From an uncultured Chloroflexia bacterium (lineage in GTDB: Bacteria > Chloroflexota > Dehalococcoidia > DSTF01 > JALHUB01): a stretch of 64,000 nt of DNA. The notes beneath the pieces are model-generated. The model did no database searches and was not told the DNA's origin. It saw nothing but the letters and a program-made list of their open reading frames with translations. Location of the stretch: the NCBI GenBank assembly GCA_963703345.1, contig OY969814.1, forward strand, positions 1,376,001 through 1,440,000, read 5' to 3'. Below, one piece after another: positions 37,257 through 45,923 of the stretch; positions within the stretch are counted from its first letter, which is position 1; every line of letters begins with the position of its first letter. Made by a program: the position numbers and the translations under genes.

Positions 37257-37826
37257 CTACTGGCTCGCTGAAGCGCGCTCCAGGTACTGCCCCGTCCGCG
37301 TATCGACCTTGACGGTGTCGCCGGTGTTGAGGAAGAGAGGCACCTGCACCAGCAGGCCGGTCTCCAGACGAGCCGGCTTCGTGCCGCCCTGAGCGGTGTC
37401 GCCGCGCACCCAGGGGTCGGTCTGCTCGATCTTCAGCTCGACGGCGGCGGGCAGCTCGATGCCTACCGCCTCGTCGCCGTAGGTGAGAAGGTCGCAGGTG
37501 CCGTTCTCGCGTAAGTAGTTGAGCGCGTCGCCCAGGCGCTCGGCATTGATTGCGAGCTGGTCGTAAGTGGCCGTGTTCATGAAGTGGTGGATGTTGCCGT
37601 CGGCGTAGAGGTATTGCGCCGGCTGCCGGTCAACGCGGGCGCGAGCAAAGCGCTCGCCGGCCTGGAACGTGCGCTCGATGATGTGGCCGCCGCGGACGTC
37701 GCGCAGCTTCAGTCGCACCTGCGCCGAGCCGCGACCCATCTTGATGTGCTGGTAGTCGAGCACCTGGTACAGCACGCCGTCCAGTTCAATCGTCACGCCC
37801 TTCTTCAGATCACCGGTCTCAATCAT
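37257..37826 (-). CDS. efp: Elongation factor P
   Basis: KMGRG, LETG..VQVPLF...GD..KVDTR. Confidence 0.97.
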   Translation of the reverse strand: MIETGDLKKGVTIELDGVLYQVLDYQHIKMGRGSAQVRLKLRDVRGGHIIERTFQAGERFARARVDRQPAQYLYADGNIHHFMNTATYDQLAINAERLGDALNYLRENGTCDLLTYGDEAVGIELPAAVELKIEQTDPWVRGDTAQGGTKPARLETGLLVQVPLFLNTGDTVKVDTRTGQYLERASASQ

Positions 37827-37829
37827 CAG

Positions 37830-38933
37830 TCACGCCTTTGTTTGCTCGAGCTTGGGCACCCGCGACATCACCCGCAGGCGGCCGTTCTCCATCACCGCCA
37901 GGTCCTCGATGCGGACGCCGCCCCATCCAGATACGTAGATCCCCGGCTCGACGCTCGTCACCATGCCGTCGGCCAGCACGTCCTCCGATGTGCGGCCCAG
38001 GCGCGGCTTCTCGTGCACTTCCAGCCCGACGCCGTGTCCCAGGCCGTGCCCGAAGCTTTCGCCGTAGCCGGCCTCGGCGATAAAGCGTTCCGCCAGGAGG
38101 TGCGCCTGCTCGCCGGTCATGCCCGCCGCGATGAGCTCGATGGCCGTGAGCTGCGCCCCCAACACAATATCATAGATCCGCTGAAATTGGCCGTCCGGCT
38201 TGCCGAGGACGATAGTGCGCGTCAGGTCGGAGCAGTAACCGTCGAGGCGCACGCCCATGTCGATGACGATGGGCTCGCTTTCGCGCAGCGGCTCGTCGCG
38301 GGGATAAGCGTGCGGCAGCGCGCTCCACGCTCCACCGGCGACAATCGTCTCGAAGGACGCCGCTTCGCCGCCGTGCTCGCGCATGTACTTCTCGATCTCC
38401 CACGCCGCCTGCTTCTCCGTCCAGCCCGGCTCCAGACGCTCCAGCAGGTTTGTGAACGCCGCGTCACCTAGGTCGATCGCCGCCTGGATGGCATCGATCT
38501 CCGCCGGCTCCTTCACCGCGCGCAGGCTCTCGACGACGTCGGTCGTTGGGACAAGGCGCGGCCGCCCGTCCTGGGGCAGTGCGCGAACAACCGCCGACAT
38601 CTGCTCGAACGTCGCGTAGGGCACGTGCGACGCCTCGAAGCCTATCTTCCCGCCGCCGAGGCCGCTCAGCAGGCCAGGGAGCCACGTCTCGAACGCGGCT
38701 CCGGCGACGGGCTGGAGGCGGAAGTCGGGCGCCTGCGTCGACGCCTGCTCGAAATAGCGGAAGTCGGTGGCGATGCGCGTCTCGTCCCGGCTGACCAGCA
38801 GGTATCCCGCCGAGCCGGTGAAGCCGGAGAGATAGCGCCGGTTCGCCGGCTGCGAGACGATGAGAGCATCGAGCTGCCGCTCTTCCAGAAGCGCCCGCAG
38901 TCGCGCGACCCTGCTGTGGCTCCGACCAGCCAT
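37830..38933 (-). CDS. Xaa-Pro aminopeptidase (M24)
   Basis: YLSGFTGS, D.G....GY.SD.TRT, HGLGHGVGL.VHE, EPGIY, RIED. Confidence 0.93.
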   Translation of the reverse strand: MAGRSHSRVARLRALLEERQLDALIVSQPANRRYLSGFTGSAGYLLVSRDETRIATDFRYFEQASTQAPDFRLQPVAGAAFETWLPGLLSGLGGGKIGFEASHVPYATFEQMSAVVRALPQDGRPRLVPTTDVVESLRAVKEPAEIDAIQAAIDLGDAAFTNLLERLEPGWTEKQAAWEIEKYMREHGGEAASFETIVAGGAWSALPHAYPRDEPLRESEPIVIDMGVRLDGYCSDLTRTIVLGKPDGQFQRIYDIVLGAQLTAIELIAAGMTGEQAHLLAERFIAEAGYGESFGHGLGHGVGLEVHEKPRLGRTSEDVLADGMVTSVEPGIYVSGWGGVRIEDLAVMENGRLRVMSRVPKLEQTKA

Positions 38934-38939
38934 GGCAGC

Positions 38940-39386
38940 CTACTCGGCCGGACGGTCGAAGGAGGTTGCAACGAGCGCTTCCAGCGCCGCGACGTAGCCG
39001 CGCCAACCCAGTCCGGCCACCAGCCCGCGACAGACAGCCGCGGTGACGGAGCGTCGCCGGAAGTGCTCCCGTCCGTAGATGTTCGAGATGTGCACCTCAA
39101 CGGCCGGCAGCGCGCTTGCCGCCAGAGCGTCGCGCAAAGCGAAGCTGTAGTGGGTGAGCGCGCCGGGATTGATGATGATGCCGCCGGCGTTCGGCGCCTC
39201 CGACTGGATGAAGTCGATGATTGCGCCTTCGCTGTTGGACTGGAACGAACGCACCTCGACGCCAAGCTCCTTCGCCCTGTCGCTCACCCGCGATTGGATC
39301 TCGGCGAGCGTTATCTTGCCGTAGACGTCCGGTTCGCGCGTTCCCAGCATGTTCAGGTTCGGGCCGTCAATCAGCAGAATCCGCAT
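38940..39386 (-). CDS. aroQ: Type II 3-dehydroquinate dehydratase
   Basis: GPNLNMLG.RE, QSN.EG, INPGA.TH, EVHISN. Confidence 0.95.
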   Translation of the reverse strand: MRILLIDGPNLNMLGTREPDVYGKITLAEIQSRVSDRAKELGVEVRSFQSNSEGAIIDFIQSEAPNAGGIIINPGALTHYSFALRDALAASALPAVEVHISNIYGREHFRRRSVTAAVCRGLVAGLGWRGYVAALEALVATSFDRPAE

Positions 39387-40389
39387 CGGTTCCCTCCTCT
39401 TGCTCATCGCTTTCCCGGGAGCTCGCGCGCTCGTTGGCTATGCGGCGATAGCTCTCGGCCATGGCGTCCCAGGCCCCATCATAGACCTGGCGCTGGCGGG
39501 CCTCCGTCACGTGGAGGTAGATCTGAGTCGTGTTTGCGCTGGCGTGCCCCATCAGCTCCTGGACGACGCGCAGGTCCGCGCCGCCGTCGAGCATGTGGGT
39601 GGCGAAAGTGTGACGCAACAGGTGCGGATGCGTCCGCCGGTCGAGGCCCGCAGCCAGCGCCGCCTTTCGGACAATCATCTGGACCGCCCGCGCCGACAGC
39701 CGTTCGCCGTCGCGATTCAGGAAGAGCGCCTCTTGCGCGCCCTTCGCCAGCGCGGGCCGCCCCCGGTGCAGGTACTGCTTGAGAGCGCGCGCCGCCGGCC
39801 GGCCGACGAGGACGACCCGCTGCTTGTTGCCCTTGCCGCGCACTCGCAAGAGGCCGCCCTCCGGCGAAAGCTCCAGGTCGCCGGCGTTCAGGTTGAACAC
39901 CTCGCCGACGCGCACGCCGGCCGCGTACAGCAGCTCGAGCAGCGCCCGGTTGCGCAGACCCTGCGGGCTGTCCGGCTCCGGCGCCAGGACAAGCGCCGAC
40001 ACCTCCTCTTCGCTCAGGAACGAAGGCAGCCGTCGCGTCTGCTTCGGGCCGCGCATCCCTTCGCAGGGGTTGGCGGCGATCTTCTCATCCTGCTGGAGAA
40101 AGCGGTAGAACGAGCGCAGCGTGCTCAGCTTGCGCGCGATGCTGCCGCTGGCTACGCCGCCGTCCATGAGACTTGCGAGATAGGCGCGCACGGCATGGCG
40201 GTCCGCAGCGAGGACGTCGATATGCTTCTGGTCGAGGAAAGCGAAGTAGGCGCGCAGGTCGGTCGCGTAGTTCCGCAGCGTGTACGCGGAGCGATTGCGT
40301 TCGGCGGCGAGCATCGCCAGGTAGGCCGTCAGCAGCCATTCGGAGATATGTCCTGCCTCGACTTCCCTGTCGGTGGCTGCCTTGCTCAT
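39367..40389 (-). CDS. xerC: Tyrosine recombinase XerC/XerD
   Basis: R..ALLELLY..G.R, GKG.K, HLLRHTFATH, MGH....TTQIY; dprA-topA-xer gene order. Confidence 0.85.
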   Translation of the reverse strand: MSKAATDREVEAGHISEWLLTAYLAMLAAERNRSAYTLRNYATDLRAYFAFLDQKHIDVLAADRHAVRAYLASLMDGGVASGSIARKLSTLRSFYRFLQQDEKIAANPCEGMRGPKQTRRLPSFLSEEEVSALVLAPEPDSPQGLRNRALLELLYAAGVRVGEVFNLNAGDLELSPEGGLLRVRGKGNKQRVVLVGRPAARALKQYLHRGRPALAKGAQEALFLNRDGERLSARAVQMIVRKAALAAGLDRRTHPHLLRHTFATHMLDGGADLRVVQELMGHASANTTQIYLHVTEARQRQVYDGAWDAMAESYRRIANERASSRESDEQEEGTDADSAD

Positions 40390-40393
40390 CGCG

Positions 40394-42649
40394 CTAGGCC
40401 TTGACCTCCGCCGGCTGAAGCTTCTTCACGGTCCCGCGCCAGTCGCACTTCAAGCACTTCGCCTTGCCGCCCGCCTGGGCCACAATCACGCTGCCGCACT
40501 TGGGGCAAGGCTCTGCGAGCGGGCGCGACCAGCTTGTGAATCGGCACTTTGGGTAGTTCGAGCAACCGTAGAAGGTGCGACCCCTACGGGTCCGCTTGGC
40601 GACGACGACGCCGCCGCACTCCGGGCAGGCGACGCCCACCTTCGCCATGATTCGACGCGTGCCGCGGCAGGTCGGATAGTCGGAGCAGGCGAGGAACGGA
40701 CCGTAGCGACCGCGCCGGATGACCATCGGCTTGCTGCAGATTTGGCAGGTCTCGTCGGTCGCTTGCGGCGTCTCCTCCTCCCGTTCCAGAGGCCGGCTGT
40801 TCTTGCACTCCGGAAAGCCGCTGCATGCAAGGAACCGCCCGAAGCGCCCCCAGCGAATGACCATCGGCTTGCCGCACTTCTCGCAGACCTCGCTCGTCTT
40901 TTCTTCGACGCGCGGGGCCGCCTCCGCCGCCGAAAGGGCAGCCTCGAGCGGCTGATAGAAGTCGCGCACGACCGGCTGCCACTGGCGCTGGCCGCCCGCG
41001 ATCTCGTCCAGTTCCTCCTCCATCTCCGCGGTGAATCTGACGGCCGTTATCTCCGGGAAGTAGCTGACCAGCAGGTCATTGACGACGACACCGAGCTCTT
41101 TCGGCTTCAGCGCCCGGCCCTCCTTCTCCACGTAGCCGCGGTCCTGGATCGTCGAAAGGATGGGCGCGTACGTGCTCGGTCGCCCGATGCCGTTCTCTTC
41201 CATCGCCTTCACCAGCGTCGCCTCCGTGAAGCGGGGCGGCGGCTCCGTGAAGTGCTGCTCCGGCAGGAGGTCTTGCAGGCGAAGCTCTTCGCCCTCGGCG
41301 AGCGCCGGCAACGGGCGCTTCTCCTCGGTCTCCTCTTCCTCCGTCGACTCCTGGTAGACCTGGCGATAGCCGGGAAAGCGCAGGAAGCTGCGCGTTGCGC
41401 GGAACAGGTAGCGCTCCGGCCCCTCTTTCGGCTGCGCTTCGATTTCGACGGATGTCTGGTCGTAGACGGCGTCGGCCATCTGGCTGGCGACCATCCGCTG
41501 CCAGACCAGGGTGTAAAGGCGGAGTTGATCGCGGTTGAGCGCCGTCTTCAGAGAGGCGGGCTCGCGCCGCGCCGACGTGGGGCGGATTGCTTCGTGCGCC
41601 TCCTGCGCGCCCTTCGCTTTCTTGCGAAACACGCGCGGCGCCGCCGGTACCAGCGACGCGCCGAAGCGCTCGGCGATGTACTCGCGTGTCTCGCTCAAGG
41701 CGACCGCGGCGACGTTCGTCGAGTCGGTGCGCATGTACGTGATAAGTCCGATCTGCCCGCCGGCGACGGAAAGGCCCTCGTAGAGCTGCTGCGCAACGGC
41801 CATGGTGCGCTTCGCCGTGAAGCCTAGCCGCCGCGATGCCTCTTGCTGCAGGCTGCTGGTCGTGAACGGGGGCGCCGGCTGCTGACGCACGTCTTTCTTG
41901 CGAACGGACGTGACGACGAAGCGCGCCGGTCGCAGAAGCGCGACCAGGCGGTCCGACTCCGCCGCACTGCCGATCTCCAGCTTCTTGCGCTTGCCGGCCA
42001 GCCCGACCAAACGGGCCGTTAGCGTCGCGTCGCTTGACGCCTTCGCCAGCCGCGCGTCGAGCGTCCAGTACTCCTGCGGCACGAACGCGGTTATCTCTTT
42101 CTCGCGCTCGACCACCATTCGCACCGCCACCGACTGCACGCGTCCCGCCGACAGCCCGCGCCGCACTTTCTGCCAGAGCACCGGGCTTATCTTGTAGCCG
42201 ACGAGCCGGTCCAGGATGCGGCGCGCCTGCTGCGCATCGACGAGGCGCTCGTTTATCTGCCGTGGGTGCTCGAATGCGTCAAGGACGGCGCCCTTCGTTA
42301 CCTCGTGGAATACGACGCGCTGGTGTGGAGTGCCCTCCAGCCCCACGGCCTTGAGGATATGCCAGGCTATCGCCTCGCCCTCGCGGTCGGGGTCGGTCGC
42401 CAGGTAAACGCGGTCCGCGTCCTCCGCCGCTGCCTTGAGCTGTCGCACCACCTTCGCCTTCTCACGCGGCACGACGTAGCGCGGCGCAAAACCGTCCTCT
42501 ATGTCGACGCCGAGCTTCGTTTTCGGCAGGTCACGCACGTGCCCGACGGAGGCGTGGACGTCGTATTGCGAGCCCAAAAGACCGGCCAAGGTCCGCGCCT
42601 TCGCCGGTGACTCAACGATCACCAGGTTTCTTTGTTTCTTCTTTGTCAT
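40394..42649 (-). CDS. topA: DNA topoisomerase I
   Basis: VESPAKA, ATDPDREGE, SAGRVQS, ITYMRTDS, C-terminal zinc ribbons. Confidence 0.98.
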   Translation of the reverse strand: MTKKKQRNLVIVESPAKARTLAGLLGSQYDVHASVGHVRDLPKTKLGVDIEDGFAPRYVVPREKAKVVRQLKAAAEDADRVYLATDPDREGEAIAWHILKAVGLEGTPHQRVVFHEVTKGAVLDAFEHPRQINERLVDAQQARRILDRLVGYKISPVLWQKVRRGLSAGRVQSVAVRMVVEREKEITAFVPQEYWTLDARLAKASSDATLTARLVGLAGKRKKLEIGSAAESDRLVALLRPARFVVTSVRKKDVRQQPAPPFTTSSLQQEASRRLGFTAKRTMAVAQQLYEGLSVAGGQIGLITYMRTDSTNVAAVALSETREYIAERFGASLVPAAPRVFRKKAKGAQEAHEAIRPTSARREPASLKTALNRDQLRLYTLVWQRMVASQMADAVYDQTSVEIEAQPKEGPERYLFRATRSFLRFPGYRQVYQESTEEEETEEKRPLPALAEGEELRLQDLLPEQHFTEPPPRFTEATLVKAMEENGIGRPSTYAPILSTIQDRGYVEKEGRALKPKELGVVVNDLLVSYFPEITAVRFTAEMEEELDEIAGGQRQWQPVVRDFYQPLEAALSAAEAAPRVEEKTSEVCEKCGKPMVIRWGRFGRFLACSGFPECKNSRPLEREEETPQATDETCQICSKPMVIRRGRYGPFLACSDYPTCRGTRRIMAKVGVACPECGGVVVAKRTRRGRTFYGCSNYPKCRFTSWSRPLAEPCPKCGSVIVAQAGGKAKCLKCDWRGTVKKLQPAEVKA

Positions 42650-42782
42650 TGCCTTACCTGAGCTGAATCTATCTCCGTTCTATTATGCCATCTCCGCGGA
42701 AGCTTTGCGATTCTTCCGGTTCAGAAGCTGCCCCTCCATGCCCCAGCCTTCAGGCTGGGGTGGAGCTGTCCTTCTCTTCTGC

Positions 42783-42822
42783 CTATCCGTACGAAGGCCC
42801 CACTTCGCGGACGCGCACGTAG
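42783..42822 (-). repeat. Direct repeat of the last 40 bp of dprA (native copy 42955-42994)
   Basis: 34/40 identical; both copies encode YVRVREVGPSYG*. Confidence 0.9.
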
Positions 42823-42827
42823 CGAAG

Positions 42828-42928
42828 GCAATTCTGCGGGATGAATCCCCTCCTGAGGCGGGCAGGCCGCAGCTTCCACCTGACCCAGCTTGTGCACAGG
42901 CTGGGGGTTTCAACCCTCAGAACTGTAG
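42828..42928. repeat. REPIN-like inverted pair, related to the element at 58932-59002
   Basis: TTCTGCGGGATGAATCCC...GGCTGGGGGTTTCAACCCTCAGA. Confidence 0.6.
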
Positions 42929-42954
42929 GAGATCTGCGGAAGAACCCGCCGCTG

Positions 42955-44073
42955 TCACCCATACGACGGCCCCACCTCGCGGACGCGCACGTAGTTCATC
43001 CGGCCTACCTGACGCACCATGCCCTTCAGCTCCAGCATCGCCAGCGTGCTGCTCACCGTCGCGATCGGTAGCCCGGACTCGCGGCGCACCTCATCGATAT
43101 GTATCGGCTGCGACGACAGGTGCCGCAAGAGGAGGCGCTCCGTTTCGTCCGCCGGCACCAGCTCTTTCATCTCGACCTGCGTCGCCACCATCGTCAGGTT
43201 CAGCTCCTCCAGTATGTCCTCCACCTTCGACACCAGCTTCGCCTCGCCGTCCTGGATGAGCTTGTTCGGGCCGCGGAACGTCGGGGCGTAGATGCTGCCC
43301 GGCACGGCGAAGACCTCCCGGTTCTGCTCCAGCGCCAGGTGCGCCGTGATCATGGCGCCGCTCTTCAGGTCGCCCTCCACCATCAGTATCCCCAGGCTCA
43401 TGCCGCTCATGATGCGATTGCGTCGCGGGAAGAACTCGCTGCGCGGCTGCGTGCCGAGCGGGTAGTCGGAGATGAGGGCGCAGCGCTCCGTGATCTCCTG
43501 CGCCAGCTTCAGGTGCTCCGGCGGGTAGACCATGTCCAGCCCGCAGGCGAGCACGGCGATGGTGCGACCGCCGGCGCTGAGGGCGGCTCGATGCGCTATG
43601 GCGTCGATGCCGCGCGCCAGGCCGCTGACGACGGTGACGTTGTTGCGCACGAGGTCGGTGGAGAACTGCTCGACGACCTGACGGCCGTAGGGCGTGGCCC
43701 GCCGCGTGCCGACGATGGCGACGGCCCACTCGTCAACGCTTGCCAGCTCGCCGCGGACGTAGAGGACGGGCGGCAGGTCGTAGATCTCCTTGAGCTTGGC
43801 CGGATAGGAGGGATGGTTCCAGGTGAGAGCGCTCACGTGGAAGCGTTGCAGCCGTTCGAGTTCCGCGTCCGGCGATATCTCCGGCCGTCCGGCGACGATG
43901 GCGTTAACGGACGCCTGGTCGAGGCCGGCGGCGCGCAGCTCGGCGGCGGAGGCTGTCCAGGCGTTCTCCAGCCGCCCGAAGTGCTTCTCGAGCAGGGAGA
44001 AGCGCGCTCGCCCGATGCGCGGGATGCGCCCCAAAGCGATCCAGAACTTGAGGTCGTCGTTGGCGTCGGTCAT
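42955..44073 (-). CDS. dprA: DNA-processing protein DprA
   Basis: AIVGTR, VSGLARGID, FP.RNRIMSG, SGAMITA, C-terminal winged helix. Confidence 0.96.
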   Translation of the reverse strand: MTDANDDLKFWIALGRIPRIGRARFSLLEKHFGRLENAWTASAAELRAAGLDQASVNAIVAGRPEISPDAELERLQRFHVSALTWNHPSYPAKLKEIYDLPPVLYVRGELASVDEWAVAIVGTRRATPYGRQVVEQFSTDLVRNNVTVVSGLARGIDAIAHRAALSAGGRTIAVLACGLDMVYPPEHLKLAQEITERCALISDYPLGTQPRSEFFPRRNRIMSGMSLGILMVEGDLKSGAMITAHLALEQNREVFAVPGSIYAPTFRGPNKLIQDGEAKLVSKVEDILEELNLTMVATQVEMKELVPADETERLLLRHLSSQPIHIDEVRRESGLPIATVSSTLAMLELKGMVRQVGRMNYVRVREVGPSYG

Positions 44074-44365
44074 TTGCCGCGCATTCTAGCACAGGGCCAG
44101 CGGCGTGACAAAACGGCGCGCGGGACGACGGCCAGCCGAGGGGCGCTTAATTGACCAATTGAATTCAATTATTTTTCGAGGTGTCTTCTGAATCTGGGAG
44201 AGGACGAACCGAATCTGGAGAAGTTGCAATAATGAGGCGAAAAGTCATTGCGAAGACCTGTGGTTGCGACCGGATTCGGCGGGTGCCTGGTGAGCCGGTT
44301 GCGCCAGGATGCAGGATAGCAGGTCTGAGGCGGCGTGGTAAGCGTTTGGCGTCACCCTGGCGTGC

Positions 44366-44393
44366 TTGACAGGCGGGTAGGACGCGCTATAAT
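44366..44393 (+). promoter_or_regulatory. Sigma70 consensus promoter of the RCC1-repeat gene
   Basis: TTGACA-16 bp-TATAAT. Confidence 0.7.
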
Positions 44394-44457
44394 CGTGGCC
44401 GTGGTGGTTCACCCCCGAAAGTCCGCTTGGTCTTCCCGCCAACAGGGAGGTTGCGCG

Positions 44458-45918
44458 ATGCGTGTCGTCACTGCTGCACAATCGCGAATCGGTCTCCGCA
44501 GTGTCCTACTAGCTGCCCTCCTATTGCCAATGGTAGCAGTACTTACCGGACGCGAAGGTGGGGCTGCTCCAGATGTGCTTGTCGCGAGTGTCTCTTTGGG
44601 CGGCCGACACACCTTCGCCGCGACCACGGCAGGCGGTCTCAAGTGTTGGGGCTGGAACATCTATGGCCAGCTCGGGGACGGCACGAACACTGGGCCACAG
44701 CAATGCTCAGGAGACGCTTGTAGCACCACTGCTGTCGATGTTTCCGGCCTGACCAGCGGTGTCGCCGCCATCTCTGCTGGCTACGGAGACACCTGCGCCC
44801 TTACGACCGCGGGTGCCGCCATGTGTTGGGGCACGAACGGCCACGCCCAGCTCGGCGACGGCACGCTCTCGGACCGAACGGCTCCCGTCAGCGTCTTGGG
44901 GCTGACCAGCGGCGTCGCCGCCATCAGCGCGGGCTGGGAACATAGCTGCGCTCTCACCACCGCCGGCGGCGTCAAATGCTGGGGCGAGAACGACGCCGGT
45001 CAGCTTGGCGATGGCACTACCACGCAGCGTTTGACCCCCGTAAACGTTTCTGGCCTGACCAGTGGCGTCGCCGCCATCGCGGCGGGTGGAGAATATACCT
45101 GCGCTCTCACCACCGCCGGCGGCGTCAAATGCTGGGGCGGTAACGGTTGGGGCCAGCTGGGAATAGGGGCTTCAGGTGGCACGCACCCCTTGCCGCTGGA
45201 CGTCTCCGGCCTGACCAGTGGCGTCGCCGCCATTTCTGCCGGGTCGTCCCACACTTGCGCCATCATCACGGGCGGTGGCGTCAAGTGTTGGGGCGTTAAC
45301 GAGTACGGCCAGCTCGGAGACGGGGCGGGTGGCGGGCCAGAGCAGTGCTCGGGAGAGCCTTGCAGCACCACTGCTGTCGATGTTTCTGGCCTCGGCAGCG
45401 GTGTCGCCACCATTTCCGCTGGCGGGTCCCACACTTGCGCCAGGACCACCGGTGGTGGCCTCAAGTGCTGGGGCTTCAACGAGTACGGCCAGCTGGGCGA
45501 TGGCACTACAACCACGCGCCTAACGCCGGTCAACGTCTCCGGCCTAACCAGTGGCGTCGCTGGCATCAGTGCTGGCGGATACCAAACCTGCGCTCTGACG
45601 ACAGCTGGTGGCATTAAGTGCTGGGGCGAGAACGGCGCCGGTCAGCTTGGAATAGGTGCTTCAGACGGCAATCCGCACCCGTCGCCGCTGGACGTCTCCG
45701 GCCTGACCAGTGGCGTCGCTGGCATCAGTGTTGGCGTCAACCACACCTGTGCCCTCGCCTCGCCGCCCGTCGGCGGCATAGCGGACATGCCGGAGGCAAT
45801 GGCAGGATCGACCAACTCCCCAGCACTGCCGTACGCGGCCTTCGCCGGCATTGCGGCGGGGGGCGTTGTCGGGGTAGCGGCCTGCGGATGGTTTGCGAGG
45901 AGGCGGCGGGCGCGGTAG
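44458..45918 (+). CDS. Surface RCC1/BLIP-II-like beta-propeller protein with C-terminal anchor
   Basis: Signal peptide, seven HTCA..G..KCWG.N..GQLG-type repeats, VGG-TM-RRRR tail; AGGGAGG SD. Confidence 0.88.
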   Translation: MRVVTAAQSRIGLRSVLLAALLLPMVAVLTGREGGAAPDVLVASVSLGGRHTFAATTAGGLKCWGWNIYGQLGDGTNTGPQQCSGDACSTTAVDVSGLTSGVAAISAGYGDTCALTTAGAAMCWGTNGHAQLGDGTLSDRTAPVSVLGLTSGVAAISAGWEHSCALTTAGGVKCWGENDAGQLGDGTTTQRLTPVNVSGLTSGVAAIAAGGEYTCALTTAGGVKCWGGNGWGQLGIGASGGTHPLPLDVSGLTSGVAAISAGSSHTCAIITGGGVKCWGVNEYGQLGDGAGGGPEQCSGEPCSTTAVDVSGLGSGVATISAGGSHTCARTTGGGLKCWGFNEYGQLGDGTTTTRLTPVNVSGLTSGVAGISAGGYQTCALTTAGGIKCWGENGAGQLGIGASDGNPHPSPLDVSGLTSGVAGISVGVNHTCALASPPVGGIADMPEAMAGSTNSPALPYAAFAGIAAGGVVGVAACGWFARRRRAR

Positions 45919-45923
45919 CAGCC

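Noticed and set aside
39367-40389. Tyrosine recombinase as the integrase of a mobile element
   Set aside because: It lies in the conserved dprA-topA-xer order with host-like codon usage and no cargo, so it is best read as chromosomal XerC/D.
44630-45750. Regularly spaced DNA repeats as a CRISPR array or DGR template/variable pair
   Set aside because: The repeats are in-frame RCC1 blades. There are no unique spacers, cas genes or reverse transcriptase, and differences are not adenine-specific.
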